Shown here: positions 1 to 12,405 of the stretch, piece after piece
Numbering within the stretch: the first letter of the stretch is position 1
Layout of the letters: each line of letters starts with the position of its first letter
Source of the DNA: Bispira polyomma
Taxonomy: Eukaryota
DNA: 64,000 nucleotides
Assembly: GCA_965649765.1 (NCBI GenBank)
Contig: OZ287753.1
Span: 12,648,001-12,712,000, forward strand
Reading direction: 5' to 3'
The notes under the pieces: model-generated
Database searches by the model: none
What the model saw: the letters and a program-made list of their open reading frames with translations, nothing else
What the model was told of the DNA's origin: nothing
Translations under genes and position numbers: made by a program

Positions 1-415
1 ATTTGACCCATGTACGAGGTGTCGCAGGTCTGAATAATTTGATGTAGGAGTGGAATGTCAATAATTCCCTTAATTTTGGCCCTAAAAGGGCAGTTTAGAA
101 CCATGGCGTTTTGGTAATAATTGATTCTGGGGTCTGCAAACGCAGACACGTCCAGGCCATACAAGGCCAGTTTTGCCTTGATTGCAGAGAGATAATTGGC
201 AATTGAAGGGGAAGTAACATGATTTACAACAAGGGCTTCTAAGCAGGCTAGAATAAGCAAGGGGGAAACTGACTGTGGTTTGATCTTAGAAAAACAACAG
301 TAGGCCAGGAAAACCCTGAACATGTTTGTGTAGATCCTTTCAGTGGCTGGTCTGAAAGCTTGGTGGGCTCTGTGTGAGGCCTGTGTAGCAATCTTCCTTA
401 ACTGGGAAGGTACAT
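1..415 (-). CDS. N-terminal part of the DIRS/Ngaro tyrosine recombinase (open to the window edge, no own upstream ATG)
   Basis: Hand translation: DVPSQLRKIATQASHRAHQAFRPATERIYTNMFRVFLAYC...SIANYLSAIKAKLALYGLD...; in-frame TAG at 456-458 upstream. Confidence 0.75.
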
Positions 416-559
416 CTGGAATTATATAGACCAATCTATGTTTAGCATGGTATCTCTAACCAGCACCCATTTGCGGTTTGGTATAAAGTGTAATAGTTTA
501 CTATCATTATCACTGGTAAGGTGCCATTTGGATAGCGACAGTGTTCAGTCTACCTAAGA

Positions 560-1990
560 TGTGAATAGTCTTAAAGGAAATGTCTACAGAGACCACTTCC
601 ATATATTCCTGGCCATTGCTGCCAGAGTTAAATCTTTGGTTTTACCGGTGTTGAGAATTGAGACCACAGCAGCGTCATCCCATTGAATTATGAGCCTTTC
701 CCTGCCCAAATAAATTTTCAGAGCCTAACAGCCACCAGGATGTTCACCATCTCCAGGTGAACTATTGTAAGATCCAAGTAACCAAGAAGAATTGCAAATT
801 TGTACACCTCATTGTTACACCGCCCTCCCAAACCTTGGAGCCAGGCATCTAGTTGTATGCAATCTGTGGTAGGTTCATGTTCAAAAAAGGCCTTGCCATT
901 GAATTTTGGTAACAATTTTCTAAACCAATTTACATCTTGATGAAATTCAGATGTGAGTTCTATTTTTGGGGTGACCCCCACTGACCTTAAGACTTCTAAC
1001 ATCCAGTTGAGAAAAACATGTGAGACTCTGACACATTTGGAAACGTATAATAACTTGCGAAGAAGTTCACTGCAGTTCACGCTTTGTGCAGTTTTGTCTG
1101 TTATGCCAGTCTTGAGTTAACGTTTTGATTTTTGTAAATTTTTCTTGGGGAAGTGATACCGTTAAATCTACCATGTTAACTAGGACGCCCAAGCAGATGA
1201 CTGCTGTACTAGGATGAACAATTTTTTTTCTCGCTAATAGCAAAACCCAGTTCTTGAAGTAAACTATGTAAAGTATCAAATGAGCATTTGCTTTCTGTGA
1301 TGTCACCATAGCCAATTACGTCGTCTATGTAATTTGTGACGTCATAACTCTGACATTTCATGATATACCTGACGCCATCAGTTAGCCGCTGAAAAATTGA
1401 GCTTCGGTGCCAGAAACTGAATGGCAGACACAAATCTACATAATACTTATCTAATTTGAGACCTAGGAGGTTATAATCAACTGGGTCCATATTTATGTGG
1501 CAAAATGTGCGACTAACATCAATTTTGTATAGTTGCGTACCACGGCCTAGTTTATAAATTTTGTTGGTAATAGTGTCAATTGTAGGTATCCAAGTGCCTG
1601 TCCTTAGCAACAGCTGAATTTACCGACTCCCCATGTGGAAAGCTGAGATCTATTATAACGCACGTATGTGCAGCCCCAGGCTTTTCCCGTGTCATAAACA
1701 GTGATATGTGAAGATTTTGTATGGGAACATTGTCAAGGGGTCCAACATAGCACCAAATTCGGTTGCTTCTTTAAGATAAGCTCGGACGTCATCCCGATAG
1801 TAAGTGGCCGACTGATAACGTGATAACTTACTATCTTGGTTAAAATCTAGATGAAAACCGTGTCTTATGAGGAAGGGTAACTGTTTGTCCCAATAATCCT
1901 TTAGATAGTTTTTGCTTTTACATATTCGGGTAATTGCAGTCTGCCTAATGGAATGAACCTATATTTATCAGTAGTTTGCAAGTTTCATTG
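560..1990 (-). pseudogene. DIRS/Ngaro reverse transcriptase-RNase H, frameshifted
   Basis: ORFs 1209-1610 (YIDD), 1067-1315 (CLGVLVN...SLPQEK) and 718-1080 (RNase H DA..G.GG and LE motifs). Boundaries approximate. Confidence 0.85.
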
Positions 1991-2786
1991 CTGGAAATGG
2001 GGATCATCAAATGCTTGTTCAATGAGTTCCCTATTTTTTGGTTGAATTTGAAGTTCTCGGTCATACTTGTCCGGATTGGTATTTGTGCTACTACCTGAGG
2101 ACGTTTGTAGCGGTTTGCCTCGGGTGTACTTATGGCTAGTGACTGGTTTTGCTATCATCCTTTGGGTGTCTGTGGCTATGTCACTGCAGAGAGTATATAG
2201 TCATTGTCACTGTCACCTAAAAGGGTAAACCTGTTATAGTATTTCCCATTCGCCTATTTGTGAGTGAACCTTTGTGATACTTCCTACACGAGTATTGTCA
2301 TTATGATTTGTGACCTCTTTATGGTCAGTCACACCGGTGTCCCTGTCACCTTTAACAAAGCTAACACATCTCAGAGGTTGTAATTTGTGAACTCAGTCTT
2401 GTGTTGTTTTTGACACAAGCTTTTGTGGGGTTAATTTGGGTGTATTCGTGTGAGTAAATGTTTTGTTTCTTGGATAATAGTCGGGGGTCATTGTTTGCGC
2501 TTTGTCACTTAGTTTGCCCCATGATTTTTCTGTAAACTTGGTGTTAGCACATTTAGACACATAGACATTATTTACATTGGTAGCAATACGACTGGGGGAC
2601 CCTTTCTTCAAGACATCTGCATACGACATATTGTTGAATTTGGCCCAATCAGTCCTCCAGTGTGTGCTACTTTGATGTACATATGTACATACATTGCAAT
2701 ACACAGTTCTACTCTGGTACAATTTGACATTATTTACAATGGTTTTCACCACACATTTTTCTTTTAACTGACTATTCCCTCCTGCC

Positions 2787-3521
2787 TTACAAGATATGCA
2801 AGCAGGCACTGGCACTTTTACCTTCCTCCATTTTGCAAAGTAATACAACGTGGCTACCTTTAGCTGAGGACCATGAAAAATCATGAGAATCTTCCATTAA
2901 ATCACTGAGATAGTCCAACATACTGTTTTTTGTCTCTACATTATTTTCCTCTCTAATTATGCTAGCAAATCCCTGGACCCATTGAGACATTGACAGAGAA
3001 TTGTAAGACACCCTAGACTTGTTTTGTCCACCCAGAATAAAGCTTTGTGGCCATGGAAGTTTCTGTTTTACCCACACAGCTTCGGTACCCCTACGTTGGG
3101 ACTTAAACGTACCTGAGTGGTTTATGGCAACCACCTCTTTCAAGCGTGAATCCACTGCTAACTGTAAGGTCTGTGATGATCTTAGCGTCATCGTGGGTAC
3201 CAGTAGTTCCTCCAGTGGCAATGTCGTCTGCTGCCCTGGATGAGTCTGTGCTGCACCCCCCAGACTCGAAGCCATGGACGAGAGCTGGGCTCCATGCTCG
3301 TTATGGTTGCTCTTCTGCTCCACTTTGGTCATACGACCACTCAATTCTCGTAACTCAGTCAATATTTGCAGATTAATGTCAGCAGAAGCTTAATGTTCCA
3401 TAGCCTGAGCAGAGTTCTGCGCCTCAGCTTGTATTTACTTAGCCATTTTACAGTTCTCGTTGATAGGTTTTTGGTGGCTATTACCGCAGTTTTCACCTTC
3501 ATATATTTTCCTAGAAGCCAT
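2787..3521 (-). pseudogene. DIRS/Ngaro gag-like ORF1, disrupted
   Basis: ORF 2787-3362 resembles ORF1 of lophotrochozoan YR retroelements; candidate ATG at 3519-3521. Confidence 0.7.
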
Positions 3522-4466
3522 TGTCTCTAGATAGAAATACACAGAATTTGGTGCTTTGATACGTGTGACTATACACAGGGACAGAATTTGAATTAAATCA
3601 ACAAATTAATACACTATGTGATTAGATTTTGATGTCATACGTCCCTTTGTTATAGCTCAAACAAACATATAGTCGCAAGACTCAAAGCGGAGTTACAAAA
3701 CTCTGGAACAGAGTAGCAGATCCGTCAGTAGTATTCAGTACATTCGGAGAAACTGTCCAGCACAATGTTTAATAGCATCATGTGTTTATAAAATAGAACT
3801 TGTGAAAAAAAAAGGTAAACTAAAATGTAAAATTGAAATATTTAAGATGGCGTTGTTGCCTTTTTGACGTCAATATTACAAGTGGGTATTTCTGTAAAAA
3901 AGCAGATTTAGATTAATTAGTTTATAGTTGGCCAATTGGCGAGTAGTTCAAGGGTTATGACCCCACATGTAAGTCTAACAAAATACTAATAGCTGGTAGC
4001 ACTGAACTAACTAACCCCTACAGGGCTACCCCGCACATTTCCCCTAAAATGTTATTATCCTTGTGGTAAGAAAAATACATTGCTCAAGGGCGTCCCAATT
4101 AGATATGCCTTTTAGTCCTGTTTTAGAAGAATATATAATAGTTTATTTTCGTAATAATAGTACATAAAAAAGAGATACAGATAGATACAGATGAATAGAA
4201 CAAACATATAAACATAATTACATATCATTATAAATAAAACTAAATGAAAAAAAATATATATACATATACTATTTCATTATAACTTACATCAATTAGTACA
4301 CACAAAATTAACATTCTTATAAAACTTAATGATGCTGTAGTACAACTGTGTGGCAATAGGATAATCATTCACAATCAAATGTAAAACAGAGTTGTGACAG
4401 ACAATTTTTAATTTCAATACTTTTCTGATACACCGTCTCCATCTGGTATAAAACAACTCAGCATCT

Positions 4467-4496
<30 letters not shown>
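4467..4496 (+). repeat. (G)30 homopolymer
   Basis: Counted directly. Confidence 0.95.
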
Positions 4497-4497
<1 letters not shown>

Positions 4498-4848
4498 AAA
4501 ATCCCACAAAACGCAACTAAATAGAGGCATACAAAAAGTCTTTAATAGCTGATATTTAACACCAAATGAAATCTCGTCAAACACAGAAAAAACATAATTT
4601 ACCATACATGTAAATTCATTTGTACAATTCACAATATTTAGATTGTTTGCATTATCTCCTATCAGTACACCAACATGCTTTTCATTTTTAGATAATTTAA
4701 TATAATTATTATTGAGTAAGAACTGTGTAGTATTTTATTTATCACCAAATGCAAGCACCTTTGTATTTTCTGTATTAAACACAATATCATACCCTTTACT
4801 AAAATTATCTGATATTTGATACATTTAATCAGTACCATAACATGTTGG

Positions 4849-5119
4849 TTTTTTTATTTTCATTTTTTTTTTTAATTTGGATGTTTAACGTCCACTCTAG
4901 TACCTGTTTAGGTAATATTGGGACGGGTAGTTGGAAACGCTGGAGGAAACACTGCATACAGTTGATCAAGGTTCTGCACTGAAACCAGTGGCCCACAGTA
5001 AGGAACTACCACCTTTCCCACATAGGCATCGACGGGATTCAAACTCACACCGCCCAGAGGTGAGAGACCAGTGATTGTGAAGCGCAATGCTTGCTAACCA
5101 CTAGGCCACCGCGGCCCCC
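4849..5119 (-). mobile_element. tRNA-derived SINE, full length, subfamily a
   Basis: Pol III A box TGGCCTAGTGG, B box GAGTTTGAATCC, A-rich tail; 14-bp TSD CCATAACATGTTGG at 4835-4848 and 5120-5133. Confidence 0.93.
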
Positions 5120-7561
5120 CCATAACATGTTGGGCTTAATAAAATGATATCATCTGCACAAACGAAGCACCCCATAAATTTATCACCAATATGGCAACCA
5201 TACTGAGATGCTTGCAGTGTTAACAATAATTCATCAATGTATATATCAAATAATATGGGAGTCCCTTGTTTAACACCATTATTTACAATGAATGGTCTTG
5301 AGAAACTATTATTCTATTTAACATACAGACACTCACTAGTATATAACAAAACAAAAAATTTACAAGAGAAAGGAGGCATACCTTTTTTTCTAAGCAATGT
5401 AAACAGCTTAATATAGTAAACTCTGTCAAAAGCATATATATCGATCAGGAATATGATAAATTCTGTAAGCTCTGGTCAGTGTTCAGTACAGAATAGCAAT
5501 AAGGTAAATCTAAATTTTAAAAACCATTTAAATGGTCTCAAACAAGCACATTTTGGAAGACCACTTTGCCATTTGTATTTGCTATTTGATTGCTATGTTA
5601 CTTATATTTGTTACTTTGTTTTGTAATTGCCATGCATTGTATTTTTGTTGGACTGTTTAATTTGTTTTAGCAATTGTGGACAGTTGTAAGTTGAATAATA
5701 AAAAGGCCAAAAGTAAAACGTATCGTGTATTTGTTAGTCTCTATATGTTTATTAGGGATGTTTTTATTGTATTAAGTGTTGTGTTAATGGTCAAGAGAAG
5801 TCAAATTGGTTTTATGAATTTAGTGTATAGATTAAATGAGTTTTCCACCTGGCGGTGCTAATATTCATTAGAATTCCACTCTTCAGTTTTTACATGCCTC
5901 TAATGTATACCAATGCCAAACAACACAAAAATACATAAAAGTTTTTTTTACATCCCACATTAAAAGCACTTTTATGTATGTGTGCATAGCAAGTCCACTT
6001 TGGGAGACTGCTAGTTCAGTCCAACCCTCACTCTACTATACACTATCTTAAGTTCCCTAGGGATTGCCAGGGCATTTTCCTCCCGTCTCAGTCTGTCCAC
6101 AACTATGTCCAATAACAGGATTAGGTACCTGGAACCCCTAAGCTTAACTAGCTATCCTCCATTGAACTCACATTTCTACCTGTGACATTGCCAACAATTG
6201 GAACCCGCCACCACCTCCTTTTTGCCACAGCAATACATACCTTAATTAGTGTTGGCTGTATATAAGGTTAGATAAGGGTTTGTACTGCTTTTTGGGGTTG
6301 GTTTCTGGTCAGGTGTCTTGCAGCGTGATGGCTGGACCTAGAGCCATGTTGAGGTGGGGGGGGGGGGTGATGCCTTCTTACTCTCTCCTTTAAGTTCACC
6401 ACTGGGGGTTCAAAAGGGCAAAAGAGGCAGTACTTCACCCTACTGGGCAACTAGGTACCACAGTCCTGGGGTCCTGCTGTTCCACATATTATCATCCTGT
6501 CTAAGGGCTAATTTTCTGACTTTGATGCATTTAATGATTAAATGTTGACTCTTGAAAAAGGTCAGGACTACACAACGTTACCATGCTCTTGTTTATAATA
6601 AAATATTAAAGTTTATCATTTTTCTGGGCATGATTGTAATAAAGATAAATATCAGAATTGCAACAGGGACGGAAAGTCAATGAATCTCAGTTGCTGTACA
6701 TACCCCACCCAGTAGGCTGGAATCATAATAGAAGGACCTAGGCATATTAGATATCACACTTGGCAATCAGAATGTATGGAACCTTTATAGCTTCTTAATG
6801 TCACCCTATTAATACAATGTCATTAGGCGGTTGGTAATGTTTATGTTGATCCATTTGGGAACGTTTGCCTTCGGTATTTACCATAGACTGGTGGTTTACC
6901 GCGAATCAGCACAGGTTCAAATTACAGGTTCAAATTGGGCCATTGTGATATGACCCCAAAGTTGGGATAGTTATTATATAGATAAACACCAAGTAATATT
7001 CAGGCCCGAGTACCAATTAAGTTTACATAATGTAATTGCCAACTAAAACAACATTTTTGAATAAAAATTGAAATTAAATTAAGAAAGCATCTTTAACTGT
7101 TTACTTTATTAACTGGTAAAACCCCCGCTACCACTACATTTTTTTTAATGCTACATTAATAATGTAGTGGCACTTCAATGGCAATGCATACTACTTGGGT
7201 TTTGTACTGACAATAAAGACAGAATATTTTGGATCAAGGTACTCACTACATTGCTTTTATTCAACGTCATTTAGGATCACATGTTAGTTTGTTTTTTAAG
7301 TTCTTGAATTTTTGCCACGTCACTTTAGCTTGCCGTTTGTTGTGTTCTAGCTAGTATCTATCAATACCTATAAGCCTGTATGTCAGAAATCAAATTTCAT
7401 TGTTTATGTTCCCATTCAAAACAGAAGTTATTCTCGTGTCAATGATGAAGATGGAAGTAACAGAAATAGTAGAAAATGTCTGATTTAAAACTAAAGTGAT
7501 AAAAATTCTACTTATGTAGTTTATGTGCTTTCTACTGAAGAGTATATGGGCCAACCTTTGT

Positions 7562-8830
7562 GGTTAATTAGGGCGAGAGACAAACAGTCATAGAGGTCAA
7601 AGTAGTTAATTAGGGCGAGACACAAACAGTCATAGATGTCAAAAGTAATTAATTAGGACAAGACACAAACAGTCATAGGGTCAAAAGTAGTTAATTAGGG
7701 CAAGACACAAACAGTCATAGGGTCAAAAGTAGGTAATCAGGGCAGGGCAAGACAGAAACAGTCATAGAGGTCAAAAGTAGCTAATTAGGGCAAGACACAA
7801 ACAGTCATAGGGTCAAAAGTAGATAATCAGGGCAGGGCAAGACACAAACAGTCATAGAGGTCAAAAGTAGTTAATTAGGGCAAGACACAAACAGTCATAG
7901 GGTCAAAAGTAGGTAATCAGGGAAGGGCAAGAAACAAACAGTCATAGAGGTCAAAAGTAGTTAACCAGAGCAAGACACAAACAGTCATATGGTCAAAAGT
8001 AGTTAACCAGGGCAAGACACAAACAGTCATAGGGTCAAAAGTAGATAACCAGGGCAAGACACAAACAGTCATAGAGGTCAAAAGTGGTTAATCATGGCAA
8101 GACAAAAACAGTCATAGGGTCAAAAGTAGGTAATCAGGGCAGGGCAAGACACAAACAGTCATCTATGTCAAAAGTAATTAATCAGGGCAAGACACAAACA
8201 GTCTTAGGGTAAAAAGTAATTAATTAGGGCAAGACACAAACAGTCATAGAGGTCAAAAGTAGTTAATCAGGGCAAGACGCAAACAGTCATATGGTCAAAA
8301 GTAATTAATCATGGCAAGACAAAAACAGTCATAGGGTCAAAAGTAGGTAATCAGGGCAGGGCAAGACACAAACAGTCATCTATGTCAAAAGTAATTAATC
8401 AGGGCAAGACACAAACAGTCTTAGGGTAAAAAGTAATTAATTAGGGCAAGACACAAACAGTCATAGAGGTCAAAAGTAGTTAATCAGGGCAAGACACAAA
8501 CAGTCATATGGTCAAAAGTAGGTAATCAGGGCAAGACACAAACAGTCATAGAGGTCAAAAGTAGTTAATCAGGGCAAGACACAAACAGTCATATGGTCAA
8601 AAGTAGTAGGTAATCAGGGTAACAGACACAGTCTTGGAGGTCAAAAGTAGTTAACCATGGCAAACACAAACAGTCATAGAGGTCAAAATAGTTAATCATG
8701 GCAAGACAAAAACAGTCATAGGCTCAAAAGTACTTAATCAGGGCAAGACACAAACAGTCATAGGGTCAAAAGTAGTTAATCAAGGCAATACACAAACAGT
8801 CACAGAGGTCAAAAGTAGTTAATCGGGCTT
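7562..8830 (+). repeat. Minisatellite, ~42-47 bp unit (GTAGTTAATCAGGGCAAGACACAAACAGTCATAGAGGTCAAAA), about 29 copies
   Basis: Direct tandem repeats without unique spacers; a 217-bp five-unit block is repeated at 8091 and 8308. Confidence 0.95.
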
Positions 8831-10505
8831 TCAACAAAACTCAGCTTTAACAAAATTGATCAGTATTTGTTATTTTTTTTACATAAACTATTGCATTATG
8901 TCAATAATATGTAAAGTGTTGTATATGAAAAAATAAAATATATTATACAATTTAAAAAAAAAAATTGCCTCTTAATTATCTCAATTTATCGAGATATTAT
9001 CTCAACAATTCACTCCAAAAAAGTTGGCCCTTGCAGGAAAAATATGATAAGGTTGGCCCTTGTACTTTTCCGTAGCTTTCTTATCTACGAAATGTTTATT
9101 CTTAAAATGCTTTGAAACGTCACAACTGTGTATGTTTTGCCACTCAGAATCACTGACTCAGTCATGTTCTTAACCAAATAAATCAATTCATTAATGCGAT
9201 GCCAGACTCGTGAGGTTAGGAACCAATCAATCAAATTCGCATGTTCAGGAATTCCGGAGATTCCTCAAAATATTATATCTACTACAATGTAAATCGTTTT
9301 TATGAGGTTTTAAAGCAAAAATTATGTGAAGAACAAATTATTGAAATAGCTTTTAGGGTGATTAAGCTAGGAGGTTATATTTTTATTTTTGTTTTTTGGT
9401 TTGTTCTCTAGCTTATGCTTTCCATACAGCTACTTCGAGATATGTGATCGCTTCAGCGGTCACTGACTCTTTGCTTTAAGAATGGTGGGCAAATCTAGCC
9501 AATATTTAGATTGACCAGGCAAATTTAAGATTTAAATTGTTAAAGTGCTTTACCATCTCAAGATTAGCCAGCAAAGCTAAAGCCTTCCTTAAGATTGGGT
9601 AGCAAAATTAGCTCATCTTAACATTTCTAAACTAACTTAAAATTTAAACTGCAGAATCGTAAAGTACATATGCATAGTAAGGTTGTAAGGGTAGAGGGTT
9701 AACAGCTGGTTAATCAGCAACAAGCAACCAGACTGGGTGTTAACCCACCCCGTAGCGTCCGGTGGCAAGGGGAGCAACTCCCTTTCACGCTTCATATGGT
9801 GAAGGGTGCCGTAGCCTATAGATATCCTATATTTTATTTCTACACTCCAAATTATTCACACATTGTACAAACATTATTTATTTGTAAAATAAGACCACCT
9901 TAGGAGTTTGAGGTAAGCATAAATTAAAGTATAGAATCTAAGTTTAATAAGTGAACCAAAGCTACGGTAACCATAACTTAATGTCTAACATATTCTATGG
10001 AACCGGAGCTAGAGTAACCTTAGCAGTTTAAGTTGGCAAAGCTAATCTTAAGTTAAGGTTAAAATCAGTTTTCTCTGAAATTTGAGATAGCCTTAAGATT
10101 TAATGAGAATGTTAATTTCAAGTTTGTAAAGTATATGAGAAAAAAACTCCAAAAACAGCAGTAAAATGAAACATAGAAACAGACACACCGGATAGCTAAA
10201 AACTAATTAAAATAGAGGTGCGGCAGCATGCTCAAAGCGTTGATCAGTTTGTAAGGTTCATCCTTTAAGCCCCCACTAAGCTCACTCATGCTTTAGAATC
10301 AGCTGCATAATACAGCCTACAATAGCACTAATCAGTGTGCTTTTGATATATGCATACACTGACAATATGTAAACTTATGTTTGCATTCTTTTACAGAACT
10401 GTCCAGAAGATTGCCGTCGTGATAGTGTTCGATTTTAACACTCGTGCTGGCCTCTTACAGACCATGGATTTGCTGAACCCAAATATTTGCAGTTAGCATG
10501 GCCCA

Positions 10506-10590
10506 GGCCCTTGGTGGTGCAGTGATAACACACTTGTTTCCCATCTCTGAGGTCTCGGTTTGAATCTCGGTCAGAGCTTTAAGTGGGAAT
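10506..10590 (+). mobile_element. Older tRNA-derived SINE head (longer copy at about 51568-51745 in duplicate B)
   Basis: TGGTGCAGTG A-box-like and GGTTTGAATC B-box-like motifs. The B copy continues with a body resembling the younger SINE (cttgaccaactagtatacactg). Confidence 0.55.
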
Positions 10591-12405
10591 CACCTCGTGA
10601 TTTGCCTCCAAAAGTATATATAATGGGGCAGAGCTTGCAAATCCAGACAGCTTTTATTGATAAGTCAACTGAGCAACATGATACCACAAAGGATAATAGA
10701 TGTTGCCCAAATTCTACAAGCGTAATTTGCATTTATGCAGTTACAATTACTTGCACTAAGAGATATTTGCATCTTGTGCCTCCATCGAGGAGCCCAAGAG
10801 AACCCAAGGGAACGCCCGGGTGAGACAAAAGATAGGTTCGTTCCACCAGGTGATTGCTCCGGGGCGACACTGAAGTAAGGGCAATTGGGAATGCAGATAG
10901 GGAATGAGGGTGAATAAAAATTTCAAGTAAAAATATAAAATGCCGTTGTGCCCTCTAAGAACCATTTTCATCAAGTAAAGCGTAATATAAATTTGCAATA
11001 CATATCTGATGTCATGTATATTGTAGATAAAATGGTACATATTTCAAAAATATACAGCGATCATAGAGAGTATTACATAGGGCAACACAATGTCATGACA
11101 GCATATGTATAATTTTTGTATCTTTTTTATGTAGTTCCTCGTCAATCAATTATCACAAATGACAATATATGAGTTTGGTAATGGAAGGATCATTGATGGT
11201 GTCTCTATGGTAAAAGCCTCCACTTTGTCCTTTTAATACCCTATGTCATAAAGTTACAGTCAGTACATAAAAATGGTACATCACAAGATCCGTAAATCAC
11301 CATAAAATTGATAGACAAAAAGTTGTGTGAATATATTGTGATCATATATCTTTTCAAGATTCCAAAATATAACAATTTATTTAACTTTCTTTTCAGAGTA
11401 GAAAATATGATGCCTTGACCATTATAGAATAATAATAAAAGATTAATGACAGAGTGATTACAAAGTAGCAGTTTCAAAATAAACCAAGAGAACAGACAAA
11501 TCAAGATTTGGAAATATTCACCTTTGGAAAATAAGTGATAGTTGTCATATTAAACATGTTAGTTTTCAGGAAACAATAGACCTTTTACCTTTTGTCTGCC
11601 TAAAATACAGCTGTATTTGCCAGCAATGGGGTTTTGAATCTATTGTAATCAAACAGGTGATTTTCATTATTTACCATATGCATTGTGTGACAACTTAGTG
11701 ACAAATTTCAGCAGACAATAAACTGGAAGAAGGTGCACAATCATTAGACATGCCAGCCATTCAGTCATATCATTTAAATATGAAAAGGTAATATACATTA
11801 CTAACATCATTTGCTGTAACATTGTCATTTTTATATACATCTATTTGACATTCCAGTGCAAAAAGCATGGATCTCAGTTTAAAAGCACCAACTATATACT
11901 GTTGAAATGTCGCTGTGGATTTTAACTCACAGAAAATAGTATGTCACAGGACAATAAACTTCATAAAAGACAGGGTTAAATGTCTTTTGGTTTTGTGTAA
12001 CTTGTTTGTTTTAGTAACTTATGAACACACAGGAACAACTGCTGAAGCAATTAGAACTACTAACTGTAACTGCCAATGTGGATTATGCCTTGATACTGAT
12101 ATTTACCTTATGTGTACAATGAGAGTTAATATTATACAGGAACTGTATGTTTGCCAACTGATCTTAGTTTCAGATATTTTAGATCACATGTAAACACTTG
12201 AACTGATGACGTGAACATATATTCCAAGTTCATTGTCACTGATTTGTGATAATGTATGATACACACTAGATGAAAGTGAAGTTTAAAATGATTATATTTA
12301 ACAAATTGGAATAAATAATAAACATGACAGTAAACTATTGACTATACATTGTGCTTGCTACCTTTTTTTCGAAACTAGTTCACTTACATAGATAGTTATA
12401 TTATC

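Larger units (their letters stand above)
1..3521 (-). mobile_element. Degenerate DIRS/Ngaro-type tyrosine-recombinase retrotransposon (gag - RT/RNaseH - YR), running off the left edge
   Basis: Minus-strand frames in canonical order: gag-like (LPWPQSFILGG...YNSLSMSQWVQGF...DLMEDSHDFSWSSAK), RT (LYKIDVSRTF..., CLPF, NYIDD), RNase H (IQLDAWLQGLGG, IVHLEMVNILVA), then YR N-terminus. Several stops and frameshifts. Confidence 0.9.
4289..5435 (-). mobile_element. Non-LTR retrotransposon (RTE-X-like) RT fragment, interrupted by a SINE and a poly-G run
   Basis: Minus strand reads NGVKQG.PILFDIYIDELL...GCHIGDKFMGCFVCADDIILLSPT and KYQLLKTFCMPLFSCVLWDF...FYTRWRRCIRK. Clade assignment is tentative. Confidence 0.8.

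Noticed and set aside
4289-4632. Poly-proline proteins
   Set aside because: Produced by translating the G30 run inside a LINE remnant.
5990-6560. GC-richer block resembling a DIRS/Ngaro terminal repeat (similar impression at 3950-4150 and 46850-47120)
   Set aside because: No matching partner repeat found in the window; left unassigned.
7562-8830. CRISPR-like regular array (also 48150-48800)
   Set aside because: Units abut without unique spacers, there are no cas genes and the context is eukaryotic; it is a minisatellite.
9500-10100. CTTAAG/TTAAG-rich segments (also near 24350, 26850, 47400-47660) suggesting a MITE family
   Set aside because: Could not define TIRs or TSDs.
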